Below the pieces are notes generated by a model that searched no databases, was not told the origin of the DNA, and saw only the letters and a program-made list of their open reading frames with translations. A stretch of DNA of 64,000 nt, from the NCBI GenBank assembly GCA_045654725.1, contig JAZONX010000030.1, positions 77,633 to 141,632 of the forward strand, given 5' to 3'. Below, piece after piece: positions 10,178-18,853 of this stretch. The number at the start of each line of letters is the position of its first letter. Position 1 is the first letter of the stretch. A program made the position numbers and the translations under genes. The DNA comes from Eubacteriales bacterium (GTDB lineage: Bacteria; Bacillota; Clostridia; Oscillospirales; CAG-272).

Positions 10178-11288
10178 ACCTATCGGTCTATATGTTCACA
10201 TCCCGTTTTGTCTTAGAAAATGTAATTACTGTGATTTCTGCTCATTTAAAATTGATGATATAGCATGGCAGGAAAGATATATTGATATCCTGTGCTCGGA
10301 AATTGAATCATACAAAGAAAAGGAAATTATTGTTGATAGCATATTCTTCGGCGGAGGAACTCCCTCACTTTTATCCGAGGATCAATTCAGCAGGATAGTG
10401 AATATTATTCGGAAATCCTTTCTAATCTCGCCCGATACCGAATTTACAATCGAAGCGAATCCAAAGACGCTGACAAGAGAAAAACTCACTTGTTACGCTT
10501 CTCTCGGAGTTAATAGACTAAGCCTAGGATTACAATCAATTCACGAAAACGAAATGAAAATGCTAGGCAGAATTCACAATTATCAGGATTTTATAGATTT
10601 GTATAGGCTTGCTCGTGATTGTGGTATAACTAATATCAACGTTGATCTTATGTACGGCATACCCGAGCAAACTATGGATAGTTTTTCCGAAACGCTTGAT
10701 AAGGTTATTGATCTTTCGCCCGAGCACCTTTCCTTGTACGGGCTGATTATCGAGGATAATACTCCTTTTGGAAGAAATCCGGAGATTTTAAATCTTCCGA
10801 GTGAAGATCAAGAATGCGATATGTATGCTCTAGCATGCGAAAGATTGGCTTCTTCGGGCTATGCTCACTACGAGATCTCCAATTATGCAAGAGATGAGAA
10901 ATTCTGTAAGCATAATCTTAAGTATTGGCTTAATCAGGAATTCATAGGTGTTGGGCTCGCTGCATATTCATATTTTAACGGTTATCGCTTTGGAAACACC
11001 CCAAATATAGAAGATTACCTTTCGGGTAAATTTTCCGATTCGGATAGTTTCTTAAGAAATACTACCGAAGATGAAGCCTATGAATTTGTAATGCTTGCGC
11101 TTCGTTTGTCGCAGGGATTTTCTCTAACAGAATATCGAGATCGATTTGGAGTGGATTTTCTTATTGGCAGAGAAAGACTTATCAGCTCCTTTGTTGATTC
11201 GGGACTAATGACCATAACAGATGATCGAGTTTCGCTAACAGAAAAAGGCTTCTACGTAAGCAATTCAATACTTACAGAATTAATATAA
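10167..11288 (+). CDS. hemW: Radical SAM heme chaperone HemW (HemN-like)
   Basis: CNYCDFC (CxxxCxxC) cluster motif right after the start. ATG at 10167 overlaps the lepA stop, lepA-hemW synteny. The ORF-track start at 10029 lies inside lepA. Confidence 0.85.
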   Translation: MITKPIGLYVHIPFCLRKCNYCDFCSFKIDDIAWQERYIDILCSEIESYKEKEIIVDSIFFGGGTPSLLSEDQFSRIVNIIRKSFLISPDTEFTIEANPKTLTREKLTCYASLGVNRLSLGLQSIHENEMKMLGRIHNYQDFIDLYRLARDCGITNINVDLMYGIPEQTMDSFSETLDKVIDLSPEHLSLYGLIIEDNTPFGRNPEILNLPSEDQECDMYALACERLASSGYAHYEISNYARDEKFCKHNLKYWLNQEFIGVGLAAYSYFNGYRFGNTPNIEDYLSGKFSDSDSFLRNTTEDEAYEFVMLALRLSQGFSLTEYRDRFGVDFLIGRERLISSFVDSGLMTITDDRVSLTEKGFYVSNSILTELI

Positions 11289-11294
11289 AAATGC

Positions 11295-11323
11295 TTGACA
11301 ATAAAGCACATATAGTTTAAAAT
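11295..11323 (+). promoter_or_regulatory. Sigma-A type promoter for the DUF1292 gene
   Basis: TTGACA (11295-11300), 17 nt, TAAAAT (11318-11323). Confidence 0.6.
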
Positions 11324-11352
11324 ATATTTAGTACAAAGATAGGAGAATAATT

Positions 11353-11667
11353 ATGTCTGATTTTGAGAAAAACATTAATGAAGAAGAGATTGATGACCTC
11401 AGTGATATCATCTACACATTGACGGATGAAGATACAGGCGAGGAGATCGATTTCCAGCTTATCGCAAGAGCAACAATTGACGAGGTTCTTTATTTTGCTC
11501 TTGTTCCCGCAAACGATGAGGAGTGCGAAGAATACGTTATCCTTCGTGTAAGCGAGGACGGCGAGGATATTATTCTTGAGTCTATCGATGATGACGATGA
11601 GTTTGAAAAGGTTGAGGAATACTTCAACGATCTCCTTTTTGGTGAAGTAGATTACGACGAGAATTAA
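11353..11667 (+). CDS. DUF1292-family acidic protein
   Basis: About 100 aa and very acidic, with the D/E-rich pattern (TLTDEDGEE..F.L...) typical of DUF1292. GGAGAA RBS. Confidence 0.65.
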   Translation: MSDFEKNINEEEIDDLSDIIYTLTDEDTGEEIDFQLIARATIDEVLYFALVPANDEECEEYVILRVSEDGEDIILESIDDDDEFEKVEEYFNDLLFGEVDYDEN

Positions 11668-11679
11668 TTGGATTTTCAT

Positions 11680-11890
11680 CCTGCGTGGTGCGTGATAATG
11701 TGATATTTGAACCTACACACATTGCAAGGGAGTCCGGATAAACTTCTGTATACGGGATGCAGGCCTCCCGCCGAGGGCGCTTAACTTAAGTGTTGACCCC
11801 CTCCAAGCGGACGTTGGAAGCGCAAAGATGCAGAGAGGACACCCACCTGGTTTGACCGGGTTAAATTTATACTTTACACGGCCATGCGGG
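11680..11890 (+). ncRNA. Unclassified GC-rich structured RNA, either a candidate riboswitch-type leader of the P-type ATPase or a stand-alone ncRNA
   Basis: There is no ORF. GC-rich tracts sit in AT-rich surroundings. A long-range closing helix pairs 11680-11688 CCTGCGTGG with 11882-11890 CCATGCGGG and 11691-11694 with 11877-11880. Several internal hairpins are present, for example 11752-56/11766-70, 11777-82/11818-23 and 11846-50/11856-60. A terminator follows. Confidence 0.55.
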
Positions 11891-11910
11891 TCACTAATAA
11901 CCTATAAGGA

Positions 11911-11941
11911 ACAGGGGATAACTATTTATCCTCTGTTTTTT
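11911..11941 (+). terminator. Intrinsic terminator or attenuator following the structured RNA
   Basis: 11-bp stem ACAGGGGATAA/TTATCCTCTGT (one G-U), loop CTAT, then T5. It lies 62 nt upstream of the ATPase start codon. Confidence 0.7.
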
Positions 11942-12002
11942 CATTATTTTCTATTTTCATTCATATAGTTTTAAAGATAAACTATAGAAAAGAGAAAGAG
12001 CT

Positions 12003-14591
12003 ATGACAAAGAAAATAAAAGGATTGAGCGACGATGAGGTAAAAAGGTCTCTCGCTCTTCATGGAGATAATTCTCTTGGCAGAGAAAAGAGAAAGAGCTT
12101 TTTTAAACGCTTTATTGAGAACCTTTCAGACCCAATTGTTCGTATACTTATAATCGCTCTCATTTTACAGCTCGTTTGTAGCTTTGGTAACGTTAATTAT
12201 TTTGAACTTGGCGGTATTCTTGCAGCAATACTTTTATCAACAACTGTTTCCACATTCTCTGAGTATAGAAGCGAGCGTGCTTTCGAACAGCTCAATGATG
12301 ATAGCACAAATTTTGTTAGTGTATTAAGAAACGGAGCGATTCGTAAAATCCCTGCTACGTCTTTGGTTGTTGGGGATATTGTATATCTTTCAACAGGTGA
12401 GAAGATACAAGCAGACGGAGAGATTTTGAGCGGCAAAATATCGGTCGATCAATCTGCATTAAATGGTGAAAGCGTTGAATGTATAAAAATTCCAATGAAT
12501 GAAGGCGGATGGGACCTAAACTCTCCATCAAAGCTGTTTCGCGGAACAATAATTACAGACGGCAGTTGTATTATGCGTGTCGGTCGAGTGGGAGCAGCTA
12601 CATACTACGGTATGGTTGCAAAGGATGTACAGACCGAAACAAGAGAAAGTCCGCTTAAAATCAGGCTATCAACCCTTGCTTCACAAATCAGTAAAATCGG
12701 TTATGCAGTTGCAATTATCGTTGGGGTTACATATCTCTTTAATGCGATTGTTATTGATAATCAGTTTGATAGAATAAGAATTATTGATGAGTTTTTTAAC
12801 GTAAAAGAACTGTTTAATACAATTTTAGATGCAATTACGCTTATGATCACGGTAGTAGTAGTTGCTGCTCCCGAGGGTTTACCGATGATGATAACAGTTG
12901 TTTTGTCAGCAAATATGAAAAAGATGCTGAAGGATAACATCCTTGTAAAGAAGCTTGTTGGCATTGAAACTGCAGGCTCAATGAACATACTGTTTACAGA
13001 TAAAACAGGAACTATAACGGAGGGAAGACCTCGATGTGAAAGAATTATTACCGTTGGAGGAACCTACAAAAATCTATCATCATTACGTAAACAAAAAGAT
13101 TTATTTGATCTACTTTGCCTTTCTGCAACTCACAATACCGACGTAGTGGTTTCTAACGGCGAAATGGTAGGAGGAAATGCGACGGATAGAGCGCTGTATG
13201 AATATTTTATTGATGAAAGTTCTTCTACGTATAAGATATTATATAAAGTTCCTTTCTCGAGCGAGAGAAAATTTTCGTCGGCAACACTTGAAAATGGAGT
13301 GACACTAATCAAAGGCGCACCAGAATTGATCTTGTCGGCTGCCAAAAAAGCGATCAATGAGAGTGGAGATGAAGTTCCATTTGATAAAACAAAAATATAC
13401 AATGAATATCATTTAGCAGCCGTAGAAGGCGAACGTGTAATTGGTATAGCAAAAAAAGACACAAAAAACGAAGCAGACCTTGTTTTCATTGCACTTATAG
13501 TTATGAAGGACAAAATTAGGGATCATGTACGAGAATCAGTAGATCGGGTTGTTTCTGCCGGTATTCAAATAGTAATGATAACCGGAGATGGAAAAGAAAC
13601 CGCCACAGCGATTGCCAGGGAATGTGGTATAATAAACCCAAATGCCGGACATATTGTTTTATCTGCAGATGAACTTCATGAAATGAGTGATGATGAAATA
13701 AAAAGAATTTTGCCAAAGCTTCGTGTTGTTTCCAGAGCTATGCCGCAAGATAAAACGAGGCTGGTAAGACTTTCACAGGAAGTTGGACTTGTAGTTGGTA
13801 TGACGGGCGACGCAATAAATGATGCACCATCATTAAAGCTTGCCGACATAGGGTTTGCGATGGGCAGTGGAACAGATATTGCCAAAAGTGCCTCGGACAT
13901 TGTAATTTTAGACAGTAGTTTTCTTGCTATATCAAAGACTATTCTATATGGCCGAACCATATTTAAGTCTATAAGAAAATTCATTACATTTCAGTTGACC
14001 ATGAATCTTGCGGCGTGTGGAGTTTCTCTGATAGGACAATTCATTGGCGTTGATACACCTATTACTATCATACAAATGTTGTGGGTGAACATCATCATGG
14101 ATACTCTTGGAGGTCTTGCGTTTGCAGGCGAGGCACCGCTTGAATATTATATGCAAGAAAAACCGAAGCGAAGGAACGAGCAAATTCTATCCGAGGAAAT
14201 GATTCATCAGGTATTTTTTACAGGTATATATACCTTGTTTCTCTGTGTCGTCTTTCTTGCGTCAAATAAATTTAGGATAATGTATGGTGGAATATATCCA
14301 ACCGATAGGTTTTACACAGCATTTTATGCTTTGTTTATATTCGCTGGGATTTATAATTGTTTTCTCGCTAGGTCTTCAAGGCTATGGCTTCTTTCAAATA
14401 TCGAAAAAAACAAACCATTTATACTAATAATGTTACTAATTTCTTCAATTCAGATCTTTATGATTTATTTTGGCGGAATCCTTTTCAGATGTGTCCCACT
14501 TTCTTGGCCGGAATTAAGCTTTGTAATTCTGCTGGCAACAAGCGTTATTCCGTTTGAGATGATCCGAAGATTAATGTTTAAGCTAAAATAA
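12003..14591 (+). CDS. P-type cation-transporting ATPase, P2 (Ca2+-ATPase-like) type
   Basis: Phosphorylation site DKTGTITEG, TGDGKETA, hinge GDAINDAPSLK, N-terminal cation-ATPase domain and about 10 hydrophobic segments. Confidence 0.9.
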   Translation: MTKKIKGLSDDEVKRSLALHGDNSLGREKRKSFFKRFIENLSDPIVRILIIALILQLVCSFGNVNYFELGGILAAILLSTTVSTFSEYRSERAFEQLNDDSTNFVSVLRNGAIRKIPATSLVVGDIVYLSTGEKIQADGEILSGKISVDQSALNGESVECIKIPMNEGGWDLNSPSKLFRGTIITDGSCIMRVGRVGAATYYGMVAKDVQTETRESPLKIRLSTLASQISKIGYAVAIIVGVTYLFNAIVIDNQFDRIRIIDEFFNVKELFNTILDAITLMITVVVVAAPEGLPMMITVVLSANMKKMLKDNILVKKLVGIETAGSMNILFTDKTGTITEGRPRCERIITVGGTYKNLSSLRKQKDLFDLLCLSATHNTDVVVSNGEMVGGNATDRALYEYFIDESSSTYKILYKVPFSSERKFSSATLENGVTLIKGAPELILSAAKKAINESGDEVPFDKTKIYNEYHLAAVEGERVIGIAKKDTKNEADLVFIALIVMKDKIRDHVRESVDRVVSAGIQIVMITGDGKETATAIARECGIINPNAGHIVLSADELHEMSDDEIKRILPKLRVVSRAMPQDKTRLVRLSQEVGLVVGMTGDAINDAPSLKLADIGFAMGSGTDIAKSASDIVILDSSFLAISKTILYGRTIFKSIRKFITFQLTMNLAACGVSLIGQFIGVDTPITIIQMLWVNIIMDTLGGLAFAGEAPLEYYMQEKPKRRNEQILSEEMIHQVFFTGIYTLFLCVVFLASNKFRIMYGGIYPTDRFYTAFYALFIFAGIYNCFLARSSRLWLLSNIEKNKPFILIMLLISSIQIFMIYFGGILFRCVPLSWPELSFVILLATSVIPFEMIRRLMFKLK

Positions 14592-14594
14592 AAA

Positions 14595-14625
14595 AGGCTC
14601 GACGATATTTTTATTCGTCGAGCCT
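14595..14625 (+). terminator. GC-rich hairpin after the ATPase gene (putative terminator, no T-tail)
   Basis: 10-bp stem AGGCTCGACG/CGTCGAGCCT. It is followed by A5 rather than a T-run, so termination efficiency on the plus strand is uncertain. Confidence 0.4.
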
Positions 14626-14643
14626 AAAAATTGATACAAATAC

Positions 14644-14672
14644 TTGACAAAGCTAAATAAAAGTGATAGAAT
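14644..14672 (+). promoter_or_regulatory. Sigma-A type promoter for tRNA-Thr
   Basis: TTGACA (14644-14649), 17 nt, TAGAAT (14667-14672), 16 nt before the tRNA. Confidence 0.65.
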
Positions 14673-14688
14673 AGTTAAGCGATTGTTA

Positions 14689-14764
14689 GCTGATATGGCT
14701 CAGTTGGTAGAGCAGTTGATTCGTAATCAACAGGTCGCGGGTTCGAGTCCCGCTATCAGCTCCA
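14689..14764 (+). tRNA. tRNA-Thr (anticodon CGT)
   Basis: Acceptor GCTGATA/TATCAGC, D-arm GCTC..GAGC, anticodon stem GTTGA/TCAAC with loop TTCGTAA, T-arm GCGGG TTCGAGT CCCGC, encoded CCA. Confidence 0.92.
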
Positions 14765-14771
14765 AATCCTT

Positions 14772-14799
14772 GAGAGAGGCGGTATCGCCTCTCTTTTTT
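14772..14799 (+). terminator. Intrinsic terminator after tRNA-Thr
   Basis: Stem GAGAGGCG/CGCCTCTC with loop GTAT, followed by T6. Confidence 0.75.
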
Positions 14800-14819
14800 A
14801 ATAACTATAAGGAGGAAAT

Positions 14820-15692
14820 ATGGATCTTTGTAATATATCTGTAATTAAGTCGATTATGGCCGATGCAGGAATTAATTTTCATAAAGAATTTGGCCAAAAT
14901 TTCCTTACTAATAGAATCATACCCGAGGATATTGCAGACAATTGCGCTGATACAACCGATAGACTGATTATTGAAATCGGGCCTGGAATAGGTTGTCTTA
15001 CTCAAGAACTTGCCTTGAGATTTAGGAAGGTTGTTGCCATTGAGATTGACAGAGGATTAATACCGGTTCTCTCGACAACCCTTGCGGAATATGACAATAT
15101 AACCGTTGTAAATGAGGATGTATTAAAGGTTGATATTGCTAAGCTTATTGAAGATTATGCAGAAGGAATGCCAGTTTCGGTTTGTGCAAACCTCCCTTAT
15201 TACATTACTACACCAATTCTTATGTATCTCCTTGAATCAGGAGTAAAGTTATCAACGATTACAGTTATGGTACAGAACGAGGTTGCCGCAAGACTTGCTG
15301 CTAAACCGGGAAGCTCGGATTACGGGGCGATTACCGCAATTCTTGGCTATTATGGAAGCGTTAGAAAACTCTTTAAGGTATCTGCGGGATGTTTTATCCC
15401 CGCACCAAAGGTCGATAGCGCGGTTGTACGAATTGATTTATATGACAAATGTCCTTATGAAATTAAGGATGAGAAGCTATTTAGGAATTGTATAAAAGCC
15501 GCCTTTGAGATGCGTCGAAAGACACTTGAAAATGCGCTTTCTGCAAAACTTGGCGGATATACAAAGGATCAGGTGGCAAAAGCCATTTTAGAATGTGGTT
15601 TTGATTCCAAAATTCGTGGCGAACGCCTCTCTACGGAGGATTTTGCAAAACTTTCTAATCGTCTTTTTGATATAAAGACCGAAAACGCATAA
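14820..15692 (+). CDS. rsmA: 16S rRNA (adenine1518/1519-N6)-dimethyltransferase
   Basis: GQNFL motif, SAM-binding EIGPGIG, AGGAGG RBS 8 nt upstream. Confidence 0.9.
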   Translation: MDLCNISVIKSIMADAGINFHKEFGQNFLTNRIIPEDIADNCADTTDRLIIEIGPGIGCLTQELALRFRKVVAIEIDRGLIPVLSTTLAEYDNITVVNEDVLKVDIAKLIEDYAEGMPVSVCANLPYYITTPILMYLLESGVKLSTITVMVQNEVAARLAAKPGSSDYGAITAILGYYGSVRKLFKVSAGCFIPAPKVDSAVVRIDLYDKCPYEIKDEKLFRNCIKAAFEMRRKTLENALSAKLGGYTKDQVAKAILECGFDSKIRGERLSTEDFAKLSNRLFDIKTENA

Positions 15693-15723
15693 TTTCTTAC
15701 CGAAAAAACAAAAATCAACAAAA

Positions 15724-15773
15724 CCTCCTTTCTTTCTGCTATACTGTATTCAGCAGGGGAAAGGAGATTTTTT
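15724..15773 (+). terminator. Intrinsic terminator after rsmA
   Basis: Long imperfect stem CCTCCTTTCTTTCTGCT / AGCAGGGGAAAGGAG followed by a T6 run. Confidence 0.65.
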
Positions 15774-15786
15774 ATAAGGTGAAAAT

Positions 15787-16227
15787 ATGAAATTCAAACT
15801 GATCATTGACAGAAGTTGCGAGGAAGAAATAATCGCTAAAGTTCATTCTGCCTCGGAATTAACCTCTAAAATCGAGAATATTGTCCTATCATACGGGGGC
15901 AGTGACGAAGTAATCGTTCATGGAGATTACGAGTTTTTATCTATTAAATATTATGATATTGATTGCATAACCATAATCGATAGGAAGCTTTACGTAATTG
16001 ATAGAAATGGAAAAAGATTTCGCGTGAGCGGGACGCTCAGCGATATTGAGCAAAATTTGCCTAGCTATTTTGTTCGTATTAACAAATCTACAGTAGCAAA
16101 CGAGAGGAGAATATCCTGCTTTAAGTCCTCGTTTAGCGGTGCTGTCGATGCTGTTTTTAAATGCGGATATAAGGATTATGTATCACGCAGGTGCTTCGCG
16201 GATATAAAAAGGAGATATAAGGTATGA
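15787..16227 (+). CDS. LytTR-domain DNA-binding protein (no receiver domain)
   Basis: C-terminal FVRINKSTVAN...VSRR pattern typical of LytTR domains. Only 146 aa, so there is no room for a receiver domain. Confidence 0.7.
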   Translation: MKFKLIIDRSCEEEIIAKVHSASELTSKIENIVLSYGGSDEVIVHGDYEFLSIKYYDIDCITIIDRKLYVIDRNGKRFRVSGTLSDIEQNLPSYFVRINKSTVANERRISCFKSSFSGAVDAVFKCGYKDYVSRRCFADIKRRYKV

Positions 16228-16649
16228 AAAGCAAAGGATACTTTAAAGAATTTTTTTTAAGAGGGCTTGTTTCTATGGGATTTGGACCAATTGTTTTGGC
16301 CATTATTTATTTAGCGCTTGCTTTTGCCGGCGTTGTTGAAGACGTTTCAATTTTTGAGATTACATTGGGAATACTTACGATAAGTGCTCTTGCATTTTTA
16401 GCGGGAGGAATAACGGTTGTATATCAGATAGAAGAACTATCTCTTTCAAAGGCGATTACTGCTCATGGATTTGTTTTGTATTTGGTCTATGCCGTGGTAT
16501 ATATTGTAAATAATTGGCTTGAGGACGGAATCATTCCTTTCCTTGTTTTTACTATAATCTTTGTTGTAGGTTATTTGATCATTTGGTCGATTATTTATTT
16601 GATAACAAAAAGAGGAACCGACAAAGTAAACAAAAGGCTTGTAAAATAA
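16224..16649 (+). CDS. Small polytopic membrane protein (DUF3021-like partner of LytTR proteins)
   Basis: Four hydrophobic segments. ATGA overlap with the LytTR gene implies translational coupling. Confidence 0.55.
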   Translation: MKSKGYFKEFFLRGLVSMGFGPIVLAIIYLALAFAGVVEDVSIFEITLGILTISALAFLAGGITVVYQIEELSLSKAITAHGFVLYLVYAVVYIVNNWLEDGIIPFLVFTIIFVVGYLIIWSIIYLITKRGTDKVNKRLVK

Positions 16650-16650
16650 A

Positions 16651-16680
16651 GAAAAATGCCGCAGAATTTATTCTGCGGCA
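16651..16680 (-). terminator. Intrinsic terminator of glpK (hairpin shared with the convergent membrane-protein gene)
   Basis: 10-bp stem TGCCGCAGAA/TTCTGCGGCA, loop TTTA, T-run on the minus strand (plus-strand A5 at 16652-16656). Confidence 0.75.
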
Positions 16681-16694
16681 CTTTCAATAACATA

Positions 16695-18182
16695 TTATTT
16701 CCAATTAAGACTTCTGCTTACTGCTCGATTCCAGTTATCCATCTTTTCCTTTCGCCACTCAGCATCCTTTGAAGGAGAGAACACCTTCGAGATCTTTCTG
16801 TTGGTTTTAATTTCATGCGTAGATTTATAAACACCAACCGCAAGTCCACAGAGATAAGCTGCGCCAAGTGCGGTTGTTTCGATACATTCGGGACGCTGAA
16901 CTTTTGTGCCGAGAATATCTGCCTGGAAGGATAGAAGAAGATCGTTTGCCGATGCGCCACCGTCAACAGATAGACCATCAATTCTGATTCCGCAGGAATC
17001 CTCCATTAGTTTAGTAACGTCGGCGGTTTGATACGCCATTGATTCAATAGTGGCTCGGATAATGTGGTATTTATTTGTCGCGCGTGTTATTCCAATAATA
17101 ATTCCGCGTGCGTAAGGATCCCAATATGGAGCACCAAGCCCTTGGAAGGCGGGAACAACGAGAACTCCACCAGAGTCGAGAACTTTTCTGGCGTAATATT
17201 CGCTATCAGCAGCCGATTCGATAACTCTCATTCCGTCGCGTAACCATTGTATAGCAGCACCACAAACGAATACAGAGCCTTCAAGCGCATAGTTCACCTT
17301 TCCGTCAAGCCCCCAAGCGATCGTTGTAACTAACCCTGTGTTGGTAATTTGAGGTTTTTCACCAATATTCATAAGAAGGAAAGCGCCTGTTCCGTATGTA
17401 TTCTTTAGTTCACCGGGGTTGAAGCAGCACTGACCGAACAAAGCAGACTGCTGGTCACCTGCGACACCACCAATGGCAATTTCGGCGCCAAGAATTGATT
17501 TGTCTGTGTGACCGAAAATGTATGAGGAAGGATGAACCTCGGGAAGAAGGGAAGAGGGAATATTAAATAGTTCAAGAAGCTCGTCATCCCACTCAAGAGT
17601 ATTTATATTGTAGAGCATAGTTCTGGATGCATTTGAGTAGTCGGTAGCATGTACCTTTCCGCCGGTAAGGTTCCAAATCAGCCAGCTATCTATTGTTCCG
17701 AAGCAAAGTTCGCCATTAAGAGCCCTTTCTCTAGCGCCGTCAACGTTGTCAAGAATCCAGGATATTTTTGAGGCAGAGAAGTATGGATCAAGAAGAAGTC
17801 CGGTCTTGTTTTTTATAAGTTCAGAATATCCACGTTCCTTTAATTCCTCACAGAATTCGGCGGTTCGTCTGCATTGCCAAACGATCGCGTTATAAATCGG
17901 GATACCCGTTTTTCTGTCCCAAACAACAGTTGTCTCGCGCTGATTAGTAATTCCTATTCCGTATATTTCATCCCATGAGCCTCCTATCTTCATAAGAGCC
18001 TCAGTGCAAGCAGCAATTTGAGTTGACCAAATCGCCATAGGATCGTGCTCAACCCATCCTTCTTTAGGGAAGATCTGCGGGAACTCACGCTGTACAAGAC
18101 TAACAATACTACCGTCCTTCGAGAAAATGATACAACGAGAGCTTGTTGTTCCTTGGTCGAGAGCCATCAAGTACTTTTTCAT
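16695..18182 (-). CDS. glpK: Glycerol kinase
   Basis: N-terminal [10 protein letters not shown] and an FGGY kinase family fold. The start is set at the second ATG (18182) because GGAGGA lies 7 nt upstream of it; the ORF-track start is 18197. Confidence 0.95.
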   Translation of the reverse strand: MKKYLMALDQGTTSSRCIIFSKDGSIVSLVQREFPQIFPKEGWVEHDPMAIWSTQIAACTEALMKIGGSWDEIYGIGITNQRETTVVWDRKTGIPIYNAIVWQCRRTAEFCEELKERGYSELIKNKTGLLLDPYFSASKISWILDNVDGARERALNGELCFGTIDSWLIWNLTGGKVHATDYSNASRTMLYNINTLEWDDELLELFNIPSSLLPEVHPSSYIFGHTDKSILGAEIAIGGVAGDQQSALFGQCCFNPGELKNTYGTGAFLLMNIGEKPQITNTGLVTTIAWGLDGKVNYALEGSVFVCGAAIQWLRDGMRVIESAADSEYYARKVLDSGGVLVVPAFQGLGAPYWDPYARGIIIGITRATNKYHIIRATIESMAYQTADVTKLMEDSCGIRIDGLSVDGGASANDLLLSFQADILGTKVQRPECIETTALGAAYLCGLAVGVYKSTHEIKTNRKISKVFSPSKDAEWRKEKMDNWNRAVSRSLNWK

Positions 18183-18214
18183 TATAAAGTCCTCCATAAC
18201 GAGCTTACAAGTAT

Positions 18215-18243
18215 ATTATACATTAAAGTAGCATTTATTTCAA
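18215..18243 (-). promoter_or_regulatory. Sigma-A type promoter for glpK
   Basis: Minus strand TTGAAA, 17 nt, TATAAT. Confidence 0.6.
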
Positions 18244-18253
18244 TAGAAAAATT

Positions 18254-18283
18254 AAAAAAGGAGAGGCGAAGCTCTCCTTTTTT
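18254..18283 (-). terminator. Intrinsic terminator ending the ylxM-ffh-rpsP-KH operon
   Basis: Stem GGAGAG/CTCTCC with loop GCGAAG, flanked by A6 and T6. Confidence 0.75.
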
Positions 18284-18293
18284 AATGGCCAAA

Positions 18294-18527
18294 TTATTTA
18301 ATTTCAACAGTTACATGCTTACCGCAGGTGTTTGCTGCAGCCTTCATAATCTGGCGGATTGCCTTTGCAATTCTACCATGACGTCCGATAACCATACCGG
18401 TATCATCATCTGCAACGGTGAGAACAAGCTCAATGTTATCTCCGTCAACAGTTTCCTCAACAACAACTGCGTCGGGGGTGTCAACGATAGCGCGGGCAAT
18501 GTCGGTAAGTATTTTTTTGAAATCCAT
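18294..18527 (-). CDS. KH-domain RNA-binding protein (YlqC family)
   Basis: 77 aa with the GRHGRIAKAIR KH signature, in the canonical position after rpsP. Confidence 0.85.
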   Translation of the reverse strand: MDFKKILTDIARAIVDTPDAVVVEETVDGDNIELVLTVADDDTGMVIGRHGRIAKAIRQIMKAAANTCGKHVTVEIK

Positions 18528-18550
18528 TTAAATTACCCGTTTTTCTGAGA

Positions 18551-18796
18551 TTACTTAATGATCTCGTTCTTCTTAAGAAGAGCTCTAACAGTCTCTGTGG
18601 GCTGTGCGCCATTGTTAAGCCACTTGGTTGCCTTATCAGCATCGATCTTAACGGTAGCGGGGTTGGTCATAGGATCATAGTAACCGATCTCCTCGATGGG
18701 AGCACCGTCACGACGGGTTCTCTCGTCTGCAACAACGATTCTGTAGAAGGGGTTCTTCTTCTTACCCATTCTTGTAAGTCTAATTTTTACTGCCAT
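18551..18796 (-). CDS. rpsP: 30S ribosomal protein S16
   Basis: [22 protein letters not shown] is the canonical S16 N-terminus. The start is taken at that Met, not the upstream ORF-track start. Confidence 0.95.
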   Translation of the reverse strand: MAVKIRLTRMGKKKNPFYRIVVADERTRRDGAPIEEIGYYDPMTNPATVKIDADKATKWLNNGAQPTETVRALLKKNEIIK

Positions 18797-18853
18797 TTTT
18801 CTTTTCCTCCAAAAATTGTATAATATATTTTTTTGTTTTGAAATACAAATCAA

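Noticed and set aside
11680-11890. Attempted assignment of the structured RNA to M-box, yybP-ykoY, c-di-AMP (ydaO), TPP, cobalamin, lysine, T-box, SRP RNA, RNase P or tmRNA
   Set aside because: I could not find the hallmark conserved strings of these families. Examples are GUUAGGUGAGGCU for the M-box, GGGGAGUAG for yybP-ykoY, the GGAAGCAGCC region of SRP, and CUGAGA plus GCG.AGGGA for TPP. Partial resemblances (GGGAGUCC, GUUGAC, CAGAGAGGAC) are too loose. A covariance-model scan is needed before excluding them.
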